21,405 nt of DNA. Source: Candidatus Nanohaloarchaea archaeon. GTDB lineage: Archaea > Nanohalarchaeota > Nanosalinia > Nanosalinales > Nanosalinaceae. Both the position numbers and the translations under genes were made by a program. The stretch is from contig JBEQAY010000018.1 of NCBI GenBank assembly GCA_041640075.1, positions 1 to 21,405 of the forward strand, read 5' to 3'. Shown in pieces: positions 1 through 7,548 of this stretch (the first letter of the stretch is position 1; each line of letters opens with the position of its first letter). The notes below the pieces were generated by a model. The model ran no database searches, was not told where the DNA came from, and saw only the letters and a list, made by a program, of their open reading frames with translations.

Positions 1-37
1 AATTACAAAAAGCCATCCTTCACCAACTTATGTAGAG

Positions 38-1906
38 ATGCAACTGGGAACGATAGAGGGAGAAGTTAACACCTCAAACTTCAAATTCAGGGCAACAGAG
101 GAAGTAGGAAAATTTGACTTCGTTTCAGTAAAAAGCAATGACAGATGGATACTTGCACAGGTCGACGAGGTAACAAAACACTCGGACGGAGAGACAATAG
201 CTAAAGCCAACATAATCGGTTACAGAGACAAAGGAATGACCCGGGCACCACGTCAAGTCATCGAACCAGATTCTATAGTATACTCAGCAGACCAGGATCT
301 TATCTCAGAAACGCTTGGACTGAACGATAATGGCCTGAGGGTCGGTAATCTTGAGACAAACGATGAGATAGATATCTTCGTAAATCCAGAAGATTTCTAC
401 AAGCACTTTGCCGTACTTGCGCAGACAGGAGCCGGAAAATCCTATTTAACCGGGGTTTTAATGGAGGAGATGCTTGAACAGGACTTTCCTGTCATGATTA
501 TAGATCCTCACGGAGAGTTTTCATCCCTGCAGGATCCAAACGCTGAGAATGAAGAGGAGTCCAGAGGCTACGATGTGAAGGAGTACTCTCCGAACACAGA
601 TATCAACAAGTCAGCTTTACCTCTTGAGTTTTCTTCCTTAAACTTTGATAAGAAGGAGTTACAGACTTTGATTCCTGATTCACTGACTAACTCTCAGATG
701 GGTGTGCTTTACAACGCTCTGAAAGGATTAAAGGACAAAGGCGATGACTACTCTCTGATAGATATCGAGGACGCGGTGCAGAAGGAGGATTCAACTGCGA
801 AATGGAATCTACTGAACTATCTGGAGCAACTGGAGGAATCCGGGCTTTTCTCCGATGAACCTGTCGATCCCAAGAATCTTGTGGAGAAGGGTCGTGCCAC
901 GGTGATAAATCTGAAGGCGGTAGAGCCTGATACTGCAGAGATGGCTGTTTACCTTCTGGCAAAGAAGCTGTTTGATCTAAGAAAGAAGGATAAAGTTCCA
1001 CCATTCATGATGGTTTTTGAGGAAGCTCATAACTTTATTCCGGAGAAAGGTTTCGGTCAGGCAATCTCTAACCCTATTATGAGGAAGATCGCATCTGAGG
1101 GCCGTAAATTCGGTCTGGGTATCGGTGTTATCTCGCAGAGACCGGCGAGGATAGACAAGAACGTACTCTCCCAGTGTAACACGCAGTTCATCTTGAAGGT
1201 CACCAATCCGAATGATCTGAAGGCTATATCGAAGTCTTTTGAGGGAGTGACCTCTGAGGTTGAGGACATGATCAAATCCCTGCCTCCTGGAGTCTGCTTT
1301 GTCCTGGGCAATCAGTACCCTGTGATGACCGACGTCAGGCAGAGAAAGTCCAGGCACGGGGGAGAGACTCAGACTGCAGACAGCTACGAGGAAAAAGAAT
1401 CTGTCAAAGTTTTCGAACCACAGAAGAGGCTTTCGAACGTTGAAAACATGTATGATGAAAAGTTTGATACTACATATTATCCGCTCTATCTGGTAGAGAA
1501 TGATGAAAGAGAGGTGCTTATTGACGGGATCGAGGACGAGATCAAGGCCGAGAGGGGAAAGCCTAGTGAGCAGGAGGAAGATGTGCTGTATAAGATAAGG
1601 CAGGACGTCCCCAAAGAAAATATCGTGGATGAGCTGGACCTGACTGTTTCGCGTCTGGGAACAGTTCTTGAAAGTTTGAGGGAGAAAGGCTTGCTTCTGG
1701 ATGATGAACTAGGTCTTCAGGAATCTATACTGGATATAGAGGTGAAGGATGAAGATGTAACCGAGTCCGAGTTGATGGATTATCAAGTTGACGAAGATCA
1801 GGCTGCTGATAGGCTTGAAGACTCTAGGGTTCAGAGGGTTTACTACCCGTATTACTCTACTGATGAACGGGTTTACGATCCTATACTTGAGGAAGAGATA
1901 GGTTGA
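38..1906 (+). CDS. HerA-like (DUF87/FtsK-HerA superfamily) ATPase with N-terminal HAS-barrel and a C-terminal extension containing a probable wHTH
   Basis: N-terminal barrel-like segment (LGTIEGEVNTSNFKF...WILAQV), Walker A 'HFAVLAQTGAGKSY', 'IIDPHGEF', Walker B 'MVFEEAHNF', 'EGRKFGLGIGVISQRP' and 'VLSQCNTQFILK', all typical of HerA/DUF87. Confidence 0.9.
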   Translation: MQLGTIEGEVNTSNFKFRATEEVGKFDFVSVKSNDRWILAQVDEVTKHSDGETIAKANIIGYRDKGMTRAPRQVIEPDSIVYSADQDLISETLGLNDNGLRVGNLETNDEIDIFVNPEDFYKHFAVLAQTGAGKSYLTGVLMEEMLEQDFPVMIIDPHGEFSSLQDPNAENEEESRGYDVKEYSPNTDINKSALPLEFSSLNFDKKELQTLIPDSLTNSQMGVLYNALKGLKDKGDDYSLIDIEDAVQKEDSTAKWNLLNYLEQLEESGLFSDEPVDPKNLVEKGRATVINLKAVEPDTAEMAVYLLAKKLFDLRKKDKVPPFMMVFEEAHNFIPEKGFGQAISNPIMRKIASEGRKFGLGIGVISQRPARIDKNVLSQCNTQFILKVTNPNDLKAISKSFEGVTSEVEDMIKSLPPGVCFVLGNQYPVMTDVRQRKSRHGGETQTADSYEEKESVKVFEPQKRLSNVENMYDEKFDTTYYPLYLVENDEREVLIDGIEDEIKAERGKPSEQEEDVLYKIRQDVPKENIVDELDLTVSRLGTVLESLREKGLLLDDELGLQESILDIEVKDEDVTESELMDYQVDEDQAADRLEDSRVQRVYYPYYSTDERVYDPILEEEIG

Positions 1907-1952
1907 ACTCGTAGTGTTTTAAGAATTTACATTGAATCCATTGTTGTCGGAA

Positions 1953-2026
1953 GGGTTCGTGGTCTAGTTGGTTATGACGTCGCCCTTACAAGGCGAAGAT
2001 CCCCAGTTCGAATCTGGGCGAACCCA
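1953..2026 (+). tRNA. trnV: tRNA-Val (anticodon TAC), intronless, CCA not encoded
   Basis: Acceptor GGGTTCG/CGAACCC plus discriminator A, D arm TGGTCTAGTTGGTTATGAC, anticodon stem TCGCC/GGCGA with loop CTTACAA, T arm CCCAG-TTCGAAT-CTGGG. Confidence 0.97.
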
Positions 2027-2130
2027 TCTACTGGTTTGGGGTCAGGTAACTGGAACCTTTGACCCAGACTGTTGTTACCAAAAGGTATTAAAATATTGCA
2101 TGAGTTTTTTTGGTTGAGGGCAAGGTGAAC

Positions 2131-2142
2131 CAAGGTTTAAAC
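2131..2142 (+). promoter_or_regulatory. Putative BRE/TATA box of pth2 (leaderless transcript)
   Basis: caagg-TTTAAA at 2131-2141, about 27 nt upstream of the ATG at 2168, with no Shine-Dalgarno. Confidence 0.5.
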
Positions 2143-2167
2143 GCAGAGTTCGCTCAAACGACTAATA

Positions 2168-2515
2168 ATGACAGATTACAAGCAGGCTATAATGGTGAGA
2201 GAGGATTTAGACATGTCGAAGGGAAAGATGATAGCGCAGGCCTGCCATGCATCACTTAAAGCATACAGAAAGGCTGACAAAGACCAGTTAAGCGGATGGG
2301 AGAATCAGGGGGAGAAGAAAGTTGTGCTCTCCGTGGACGGATCTGAACTGGCAGAGAGATTTCAGCAGGCAAAGTCTTCAGGAATTCCTGCAGCACTTGT
2401 ACAGGATGCAGGTAAGACAGAGGTCGCACCAGGGACAAAGACTGCAGCAGCGATCGGACCTGCAGAAAAATCAAAAATTGACTCAGTTACGGGAGACCTG
2501 AAACTGATACAATAA
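2168..2515 (+). CDS. pth2: Peptidyl-tRNA hydrolase Pth2
   Basis: 'YKQAIMVREDLDMSKGKMIAQACHAS', 'QGEKKVVL', 'DAGKTEVAPGTKT' and 'IGPA...IDSVTGDLKL' match the archaeal/eukaryotic Pth2 signature; 115 aa. Confidence 0.97.
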   Translation: MTDYKQAIMVREDLDMSKGKMIAQACHASLKAYRKADKDQLSGWENQGEKKVVLSVDGSELAERFQQAKSSGIPAALVQDAGKTEVAPGTKTAAAIGPAEKSKIDSVTGDLKLIQ

Positions 2516-2555
2516 AAACAGTAAACGTATAAACTATACAAGTAAGGTAAAACAG

Positions 2556-3734
2556 ATGGCAGAGGAAGAACAAGAACAACAGATAGAAATGACAGGCATG
2601 GACTGGGAGTACTACACAGATACTCCAGGTATCAAAGGAGCTCTAAAGGAGCAAGTAAATGACTTCGTCGTCAAAGAGCTCGCCTCACATGAGACAGGAG
2701 AAGGAGAACATATCATAGTCAAGCTTAGAAAACAGAACATGACCACTTTGGAAGCCATCGGCAAACTATCCAACATGCTGCACATTTCACGTGACAGAAT
2801 CGGCTACGCAGGAAACAAAGACAAGAGAGCTGTTACAGAACAGTATATTTCCATTCAGGGAGTTAATGAAGAAGATGTAAGACAAATATTTACAGATGAA
2901 TTCGACTTAGAGGTAATTGGAGAAGGACATCATATTGGTCTTGGAAGCCTTGATGCAAACAGGTTTGAAATCCTTATCCGTGATCTAAATCTGCCTATAG
3001 AAGATGTAAGGAACAGAACACTCAAGATAGTTGATGAACTTGACGGAAAGTTCCCTAATTACTTTGGAGATCAAAGGTTTGGCTCTGCAAGACCTATAAC
3101 ACATCAGGTTGGCCGGCATATTCTGCAAGGAGAGTATGAGAAAGCTGTATGGACTTACATCGCTAAACCATATGATTCTGAGTACAAGAGTATAAGAAAG
3201 ACGAGACAGAAGCTCTGGGAGTCCAGAGATCCTGAGGATGCAGCTGAAAAGTTCCCTGAAAGCTATAGATACGAGAAAACTCTTCTTTATCACCTGACAA
3301 AGAACGAAGGTGATTACAAGGGAGCTATCAAGCGTTTACCAGAAGGTTTGCAGGAGCTTTTCATCCATGCTTACCAGTCATGGATTTTCAACCGCGTTCT
3401 ATCATCTCTGCTTGAGGAAGGATGGTTTGATCCGGAGTACGAGATCCCACTGGTCGGTTTCAAGACTGATCTCAAGGATAACCGTCCTGAAAACATGATT
3501 GAGGAGATTATGGATGAGGAAGGTATTTCACAGGAGGATTTCAGACTTCAGGACTTCCCTGAGTTGAGAAGTGAGGGGAGTTTCAGACGTGCCTTCGCAG
3601 ATTTCAGGAACTTTGAAATCCTGGATATCGAGGAAGACGACCTGAATATGACGCAGAACAAGATGCGTGTGAAGTTCGATCTTCCGAAAGGTTGTTATGC
3701 GACCGTTCTTTTGAGGGAAGTAATGAAAAACTAG
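2556..3734 (+). CDS. truD: tRNA pseudouridine(13) synthase TruD
   Basis: 'DFVVKE', catalytic 'YAGNKDKRAVTEQY', 'FPNYFGDQRFG', 'LFIHAYQSWIFN' and 'FDLPKGCYATVLLRE'. The pth2-truD adjacency is common in archaea. Confidence 0.97.
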   Translation: MAEEEQEQQIEMTGMDWEYYTDTPGIKGALKEQVNDFVVKELASHETGEGEHIIVKLRKQNMTTLEAIGKLSNMLHISRDRIGYAGNKDKRAVTEQYISIQGVNEEDVRQIFTDEFDLEVIGEGHHIGLGSLDANRFEILIRDLNLPIEDVRNRTLKIVDELDGKFPNYFGDQRFGSARPITHQVGRHILQGEYEKAVWTYIAKPYDSEYKSIRKTRQKLWESRDPEDAAEKFPESYRYEKTLLYHLTKNEGDYKGAIKRLPEGLQELFIHAYQSWIFNRVLSSLLEEGWFDPEYEIPLVGFKTDLKDNRPENMIEEIMDEEGISQEDFRLQDFPELRSEGSFRRAFADFRNFEILDIEEDDLNMTQNKMRVKFDLPKGCYATVLLREVMKN

Positions 3735-3816
3735 TGCGAAACAATTGTTCTGAGATGTAGTTGGTATTTAAATTATTCTGAGGAAAATATTTCTACGACT
3801 GGGAGGCTAAGAAACT

Positions 3817-5046
3817 ATGATTTTCCTGATGGCGTGGATTCTGGTAGCTTCAACAATTTTCCTTTCAGCCTTCTACTATGCCGTCTACCAGAGTGAAAAG
3901 GATGAGATGGAAAAAAGCTTTGATGCGCCTGATGAATGGCCTTCAGTTTCCATCCTAGTACCTGCCTACAACGAGGAATCAGTCGTTGCTGATTCGCTTG
4001 AAAACCTGCTGAATATCGATTATCCTGATCTCAAGGTTATCTTTGTAGACGATGCATCGACTGACTCGACACTTGAAAAAGCCAGAGAGTTCAGCGATGA
4101 TGAAAAACTGAAGGTAGTGGCTCTGGATGAGAACAGGGGCAAGGCAGGAGCATTGAATGCAGGGCTAGAATATGCAGACACAGAGCTTACTGCTGTACAA
4201 GATGCTGACTCTGTGATAGATGAAGACCTGCTGGAAACTGCTGTTTCACGGATAGCCGCTGAAGAAGATACTGGTGGTGTTATTGCCCGGATCAGACCTT
4301 TAAACAGAGATTCTTTCGTAAGGAAGCTTCAGGTCGTAGAGTACATGATGACAAACTTCCACAGAAAACTGATGTCTGTAGTAGATATACTGGATATTAC
4401 GCCAGGAGCTTTCTCTATTTACCAGACTCAGGATTTGAAAGATGTAGGTGGTTTCGACGTCGGCAATCTCACCGAAGACCAGGATATGGCCTGGAGGCTG
4501 CGGAAGATGGGAAGATCCATCAGGATGGTTTACAGTGCAAAATCTAACACAGAATTGCCGTCCAATTTTCGTGACCTGAAAGGTCAGAGGGTTAGATGGG
4601 CTCGTGGATATATGCATAACATGCGGAAGCACTCGGAGATACTTTTCAGTTCAAAGCATGGATGGTTCAGCAGGTTCCACGTACCTATACAGTTCGCTGC
4701 AGCCATCTTCTCTGTCTTTGGATTGGGATTGATCAGTTACGGTCTACTGCAGGGACTTTATGATATGTTTATCACAATAAGTTCGGTAGGATTCAGTTTT
4801 TCACTTCCGCAGATGAATCTGATGGAGGCAGCGCTATCGTTCCAGTGGAAGGTTTATACACCTCTTTTCTTGGGACTGTTCGTGACTGGTGCACTTATAA
4901 GAGAGGCATATAAAGAAGCTGGTAGATCTATTGAGCATCCATTTGCTCTTTTATTCTATTTCTTCGCTTTATTCTTCATGAAGGCTGTGTTCTGGTCCAC
5001 CGCTATTTTTAAAGAATTGTTCAGCAGTACTAAAGCATGGACGTAG
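3817..5046 (+). CDS. Processive GT2-family glycosyltransferase (cellulose synthase/PgaC/IcaA-like), membrane-bound
   Basis: 'VSILVPAYNEE', 'VDDASTD', 'GKAGALN', 'DADS', 'LTEDQD' and 'QRVRW' form the D,D,D,QxxRW motif set. One N-terminal and several C-terminal TM segments; GGGAGG SD-like site at 3801-3806. Confidence 0.9.
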   Translation: MIFLMAWILVASTIFLSAFYYAVYQSEKDEMEKSFDAPDEWPSVSILVPAYNEESVVADSLENLLNIDYPDLKVIFVDDASTDSTLEKAREFSDDEKLKVVALDENRGKAGALNAGLEYADTELTAVQDADSVIDEDLLETAVSRIAAEEDTGGVIARIRPLNRDSFVRKLQVVEYMMTNFHRKLMSVVDILDITPGAFSIYQTQDLKDVGGFDVGNLTEDQDMAWRLRKMGRSIRMVYSAKSNTELPSNFRDLKGQRVRWARGYMHNMRKHSEILFSSKHGWFSRFHVPIQFAAAIFSVFGLGLISYGLLQGLYDMFITISSVGFSFSLPQMNLMEAALSFQWKVYTPLFLGLFVTGALIREAYKEAGRSIEHPFALLFYFFALFFMKAVFWSTAIFKELFSSTKAWT

Positions 5047-5786
5047 TGAAGTCATCTATTTTGAAAGCCTCTCTAGCAACTCTTCTACTGATCGCAGTAG
5101 GGTTTTTGGTGGGCTTACAGGTAGATGACGCAAGAGGTTCTTATCTACAAGATCAATTAAAGGAATCTGATCTCAGGATGCAGAACTTCATCGTAACGCA
5201 AAACTATCTGGATGAATCAAGTAATAACTACTGCAGGCTTGTTGAAAACCAGATACCAGACCTTTCAAGAGAAAACACCAAGATAGGACAGAATCTGCAG
5301 TCCTTCTCCGGTAAAAGCCTGTCAAATAAACAGGAGTATCGTTACCTTGTCCGGAAGTACTATGTCAACCAGCTACGGCTTTACAACGTCTTGAATGAGT
5401 ACAATGACCGCTGTGGCAAGAACACGACACTGATATTCTACTTCTTCGATGATTCCATTGATTCACAGCGACAGGGATCGGTCCTTACTGAGTATTACAG
5501 GGAAATCGACAATTCGACATATATCTTCAGCTTCAACCTGGAAAAAGACCGATCATCCGTGATGGAGATGCTGAGAAATGACTACCAGGTAGAGGACGGT
5601 CCTTCGATAGTCATCAATGGTGAAGACGTCTTCAGGGACTACGTACCTTTGAGCCAGTTGAAGGATATACTTGGACGCAGAGCAAATGTTGAGACGGATC
5701 AGACAAACGTCACGCAAATGAATGGGACGGACGCAAACATAACTGATGTAAACACCAAAGAAGTCAATGCAACCGGTAGTCAGTAG
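5037..5786 (+). CDS. Membrane-anchored hypothetical protein with helical middle region and C-terminal thioredoxin-like domain lacking CxxC
   Basis: Overlaps the GT gene by 10 nt. N-terminal TM, two Cys, 'LIFYFF...YQVEDGPSIVING' pattern resembling a thioredoxin fold, and a sequon-rich tail. Confidence 0.7.
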   Translation: MDVVKSSILKASLATLLLIAVGFLVGLQVDDARGSYLQDQLKESDLRMQNFIVTQNYLDESSNNYCRLVENQIPDLSRENTKIGQNLQSFSGKSLSNKQEYRYLVRKYYVNQLRLYNVLNEYNDRCGKNTTLIFYFFDDSIDSQRQGSVLTEYYREIDNSTYIFSFNLEKDRSSVMEMLRNDYQVEDGPSIVINGEDVFRDYVPLSQLKDILGRRANVETDQTNVTQMNGTDANITDVNTKEVNATGSQ

Positions 5787-5787
5787 T

Positions 5788-6084
5788 ATGAAGAAATATG
5801 CTTTGATAGTCGTAACTGCCTTGGCACTTGGTATTGTATCCGGTTACTCGGTATCATCTATCCAGGATACGGGTGAAGAAGTTGAGGATCAGAAAAAATT
5901 CTGTCAGGAGGTTGAGCAGGGGCTTCAGGAGGAGATGAACGAGGGATTTGTTAACTGCTTTGATCCAACAAGTGTAAATTTTGAATTGAGAGAGGATATC
6001 AGGAACAGTACCTCGATCAGCTGTATATGCAGGAAGAAAGTCGGTGAGGCAATCCAGGAAATCAAGATAGCCCAGCCGGATTGA
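5788..6084 (+). CDS. Small membrane-anchored or secreted hypothetical protein with 4 Cys
   Basis: ATG at 5788 lies 1 nt after the upstream stop (preferred over 5767). MKKY followed by a hydrophobic helix; acidic composition. Confidence 0.7.
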   Translation: MKKYALIVVTALALGIVSGYSVSSIQDTGEEVEDQKKFCQEVEQGLQEEMNEGFVNCFDPTSVNFELREDIRNSTSISCICRKKVGEAIQEIKIAQPD

Positions 6085-6981
6085 TCAGTACCTGTACTTC
6101 CGGGAGATAGACAGCTTGTTGCTTCTACCTTCCTTGGTTTTCTTCAGTATACCCTTATCGACTAACTCAGATACTTCGCCAGAGATTTTTGCCTTGGAGT
6201 AATCCATCTCGTCTACAAGATCTTTCTGAAGGTACTCGCCGTCATTTTCCTCCAGTTTCTCTATTATATCTTTTTGATCATCTGAAAGGTCCTCTATGTT
6301 CTCAGAGAGATCTTCTCTCTTCCACCTGACTATAAAGGCGGCAAACACTGCTATAACCAGTACTCCAGATAATAATGCAAGAACAGTGTTCCTGTCTATA
6401 TTTAATCCTGTTTGGCCCTGCACGTTCTCGAAAAGTATGTAGAAAGATATCGTTTCTCCAAGCTGTGGCTCGGAACTCCATTCAACATAGATCTGCCGTC
6501 CATCACTCCCGGTATCATGTCCCAGAGGGCTTATAACCTGTTGAGTGGCGTTACTCTGTGGTACTATTGCATTTCCATCAGGTAGCAGAACTCTAAGGTT
6601 GTATTCTTCAGTAGGTCTGTAGACGGGGTGGCTGTAGCTGAAGACTTTTACACCGTTCCGCTGATCCAGTGTACCGTCTATATCGAACTCAAGGTCTACA
6701 GTGAAGTTTGTTCTCTGCTCTGTAGGGCATCGGATCTCAGAACCTATGGCTGAATCAGTTATACTGCATTCGATAGGTTCTCCATCGATGGAGCCGTTTA
6801 CCTGGCTTATGTCGTGACTGGAGGCGTATGAGAAAGTGTTGGATGTTAGTTCCTCTACCTGTATCTCAGCTTCCACATCATTGGTATTGAGGTCTATCCT
6901 GACGTTTTCACTGTCTATCGTGGTGGCTGAGATCGAGAAACTGAAGAGTATGATAGCCAGTAAAGGTAAGAATTTCTTCAT
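6085..6981 (-). CDS. Membrane-anchored winged-helix transcriptional regulator (COG2512-like)
   Basis: Signal peptide MKKFLPLLAIILFSFSISA, beta-rich extracellular domain, TM 'VLALLSGVLVIAVFAAFIV', and C-terminal 'LSDDQKDIIEKL..GEYLQKDLVDEMDYSKAKISGEVSELVDKGILKKTKEGRSNKL'. GGTGG SD precedes the ATG at 6981. Confidence 0.85.
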   Translation of the reverse strand: MKKFLPLLAIILFSFSISATTIDSENVRIDLNTNDVEAEIQVEELTSNTFSYASSHDISQVNGSIDGEPIECSITDSAIGSEIRCPTEQRTNFTVDLEFDIDGTLDQRNGVKVFSYSHPVYRPTEEYNLRVLLPDGNAIVPQSNATQQVISPLGHDTGSDGRQIYVEWSSEPQLGETISFYILFENVQGQTGLNIDRNTVLALLSGVLVIAVFAAFIVRWKREDLSENIEDLSDDQKDIIEKLEENDGEYLQKDLVDEMDYSKAKISGEVSELVDKGILKKTKEGRSNKLSISRKYRY

Positions 6982-7050
6982 CTCAACCACCTTTTTCAGA
7001 CCTCATGCTAAATTATGGTGGTTTCACATTTATGTTTCCCGATGCTTTAA

Positions 7051-7458
7051 TCAGGATTCTTCGCCGGGACGTGAAAGAAGTACTCCTCCTACACCCATCT
7101 GTGCGTACTGATGAACGGTGTTCGCTACTTCCTGCAGACTGTTCTGCATGTCTGATATATCCATCTCAAAGCTTTCTGGTCCTTCAATCTGCACATAGGT
7201 TGGCCCGTAGTTTATCACAGTCTTGATGGCTCTAGTGAACGTTTCGACATCTGCCTGAACTTCCACTACCTGGGAATAACCCTCATCTAGTTCTGGATGC
7301 GGATCCTCCATCTTCTCTACATCTTCCATTTCAACACTTGTGACTTCAAGACCGTCCTCGCTTCTCAACTTCTCAAGATGCTCATCCAGCGAATCCTGGA
7401 CATCTTCTTCTCTAGGGCTTAAAGCCTCGAAAACCATCCAAAGTTTTATCTCGCTCAT
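7051..7458 (-). CDS. Archaeal hypothetical protein (alpha/beta, acidic)
   Basis: ATG at 7458 (MSEIKLWMVFEAL) with TTTAAAA about 25 nt upstream; acidic composition matches the genuine genes here. Confidence 0.75.
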   Translation of the reverse strand: MSEIKLWMVFEALSPREEDVQDSLDEHLEKLRSEDGLEVTSVEMEDVEKMEDPHPELDEGYSQVVEVQADVETFTRAIKTVINYGPTYVQIEGPESFEMDISDMQNSLQEVANTVHQYAQMGVGGVLLSRPGEES

Positions 7459-7548
7459 GTAAATCAAATACAACGCTCAGTTTTAAACAGGTTTGTGCAG
7501 CTGAAGATGTCAGAGAAAAAGAAGATTAGAAGAAATATGTGTTGTAAA

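Noticed and set aside
38..1906. HerA as an anti-viral defence system (Sir2-HerA, DUF4297-HerA)
   Set aside because: No effector gene is visible, the downstream context is housekeeping and the upstream region is outside the window.
1953..2170. tRNA-Val as an integration site for a mobile element
   Set aside because: No integrase or duplicated tRNA 3' end was seen, and core genes follow directly.
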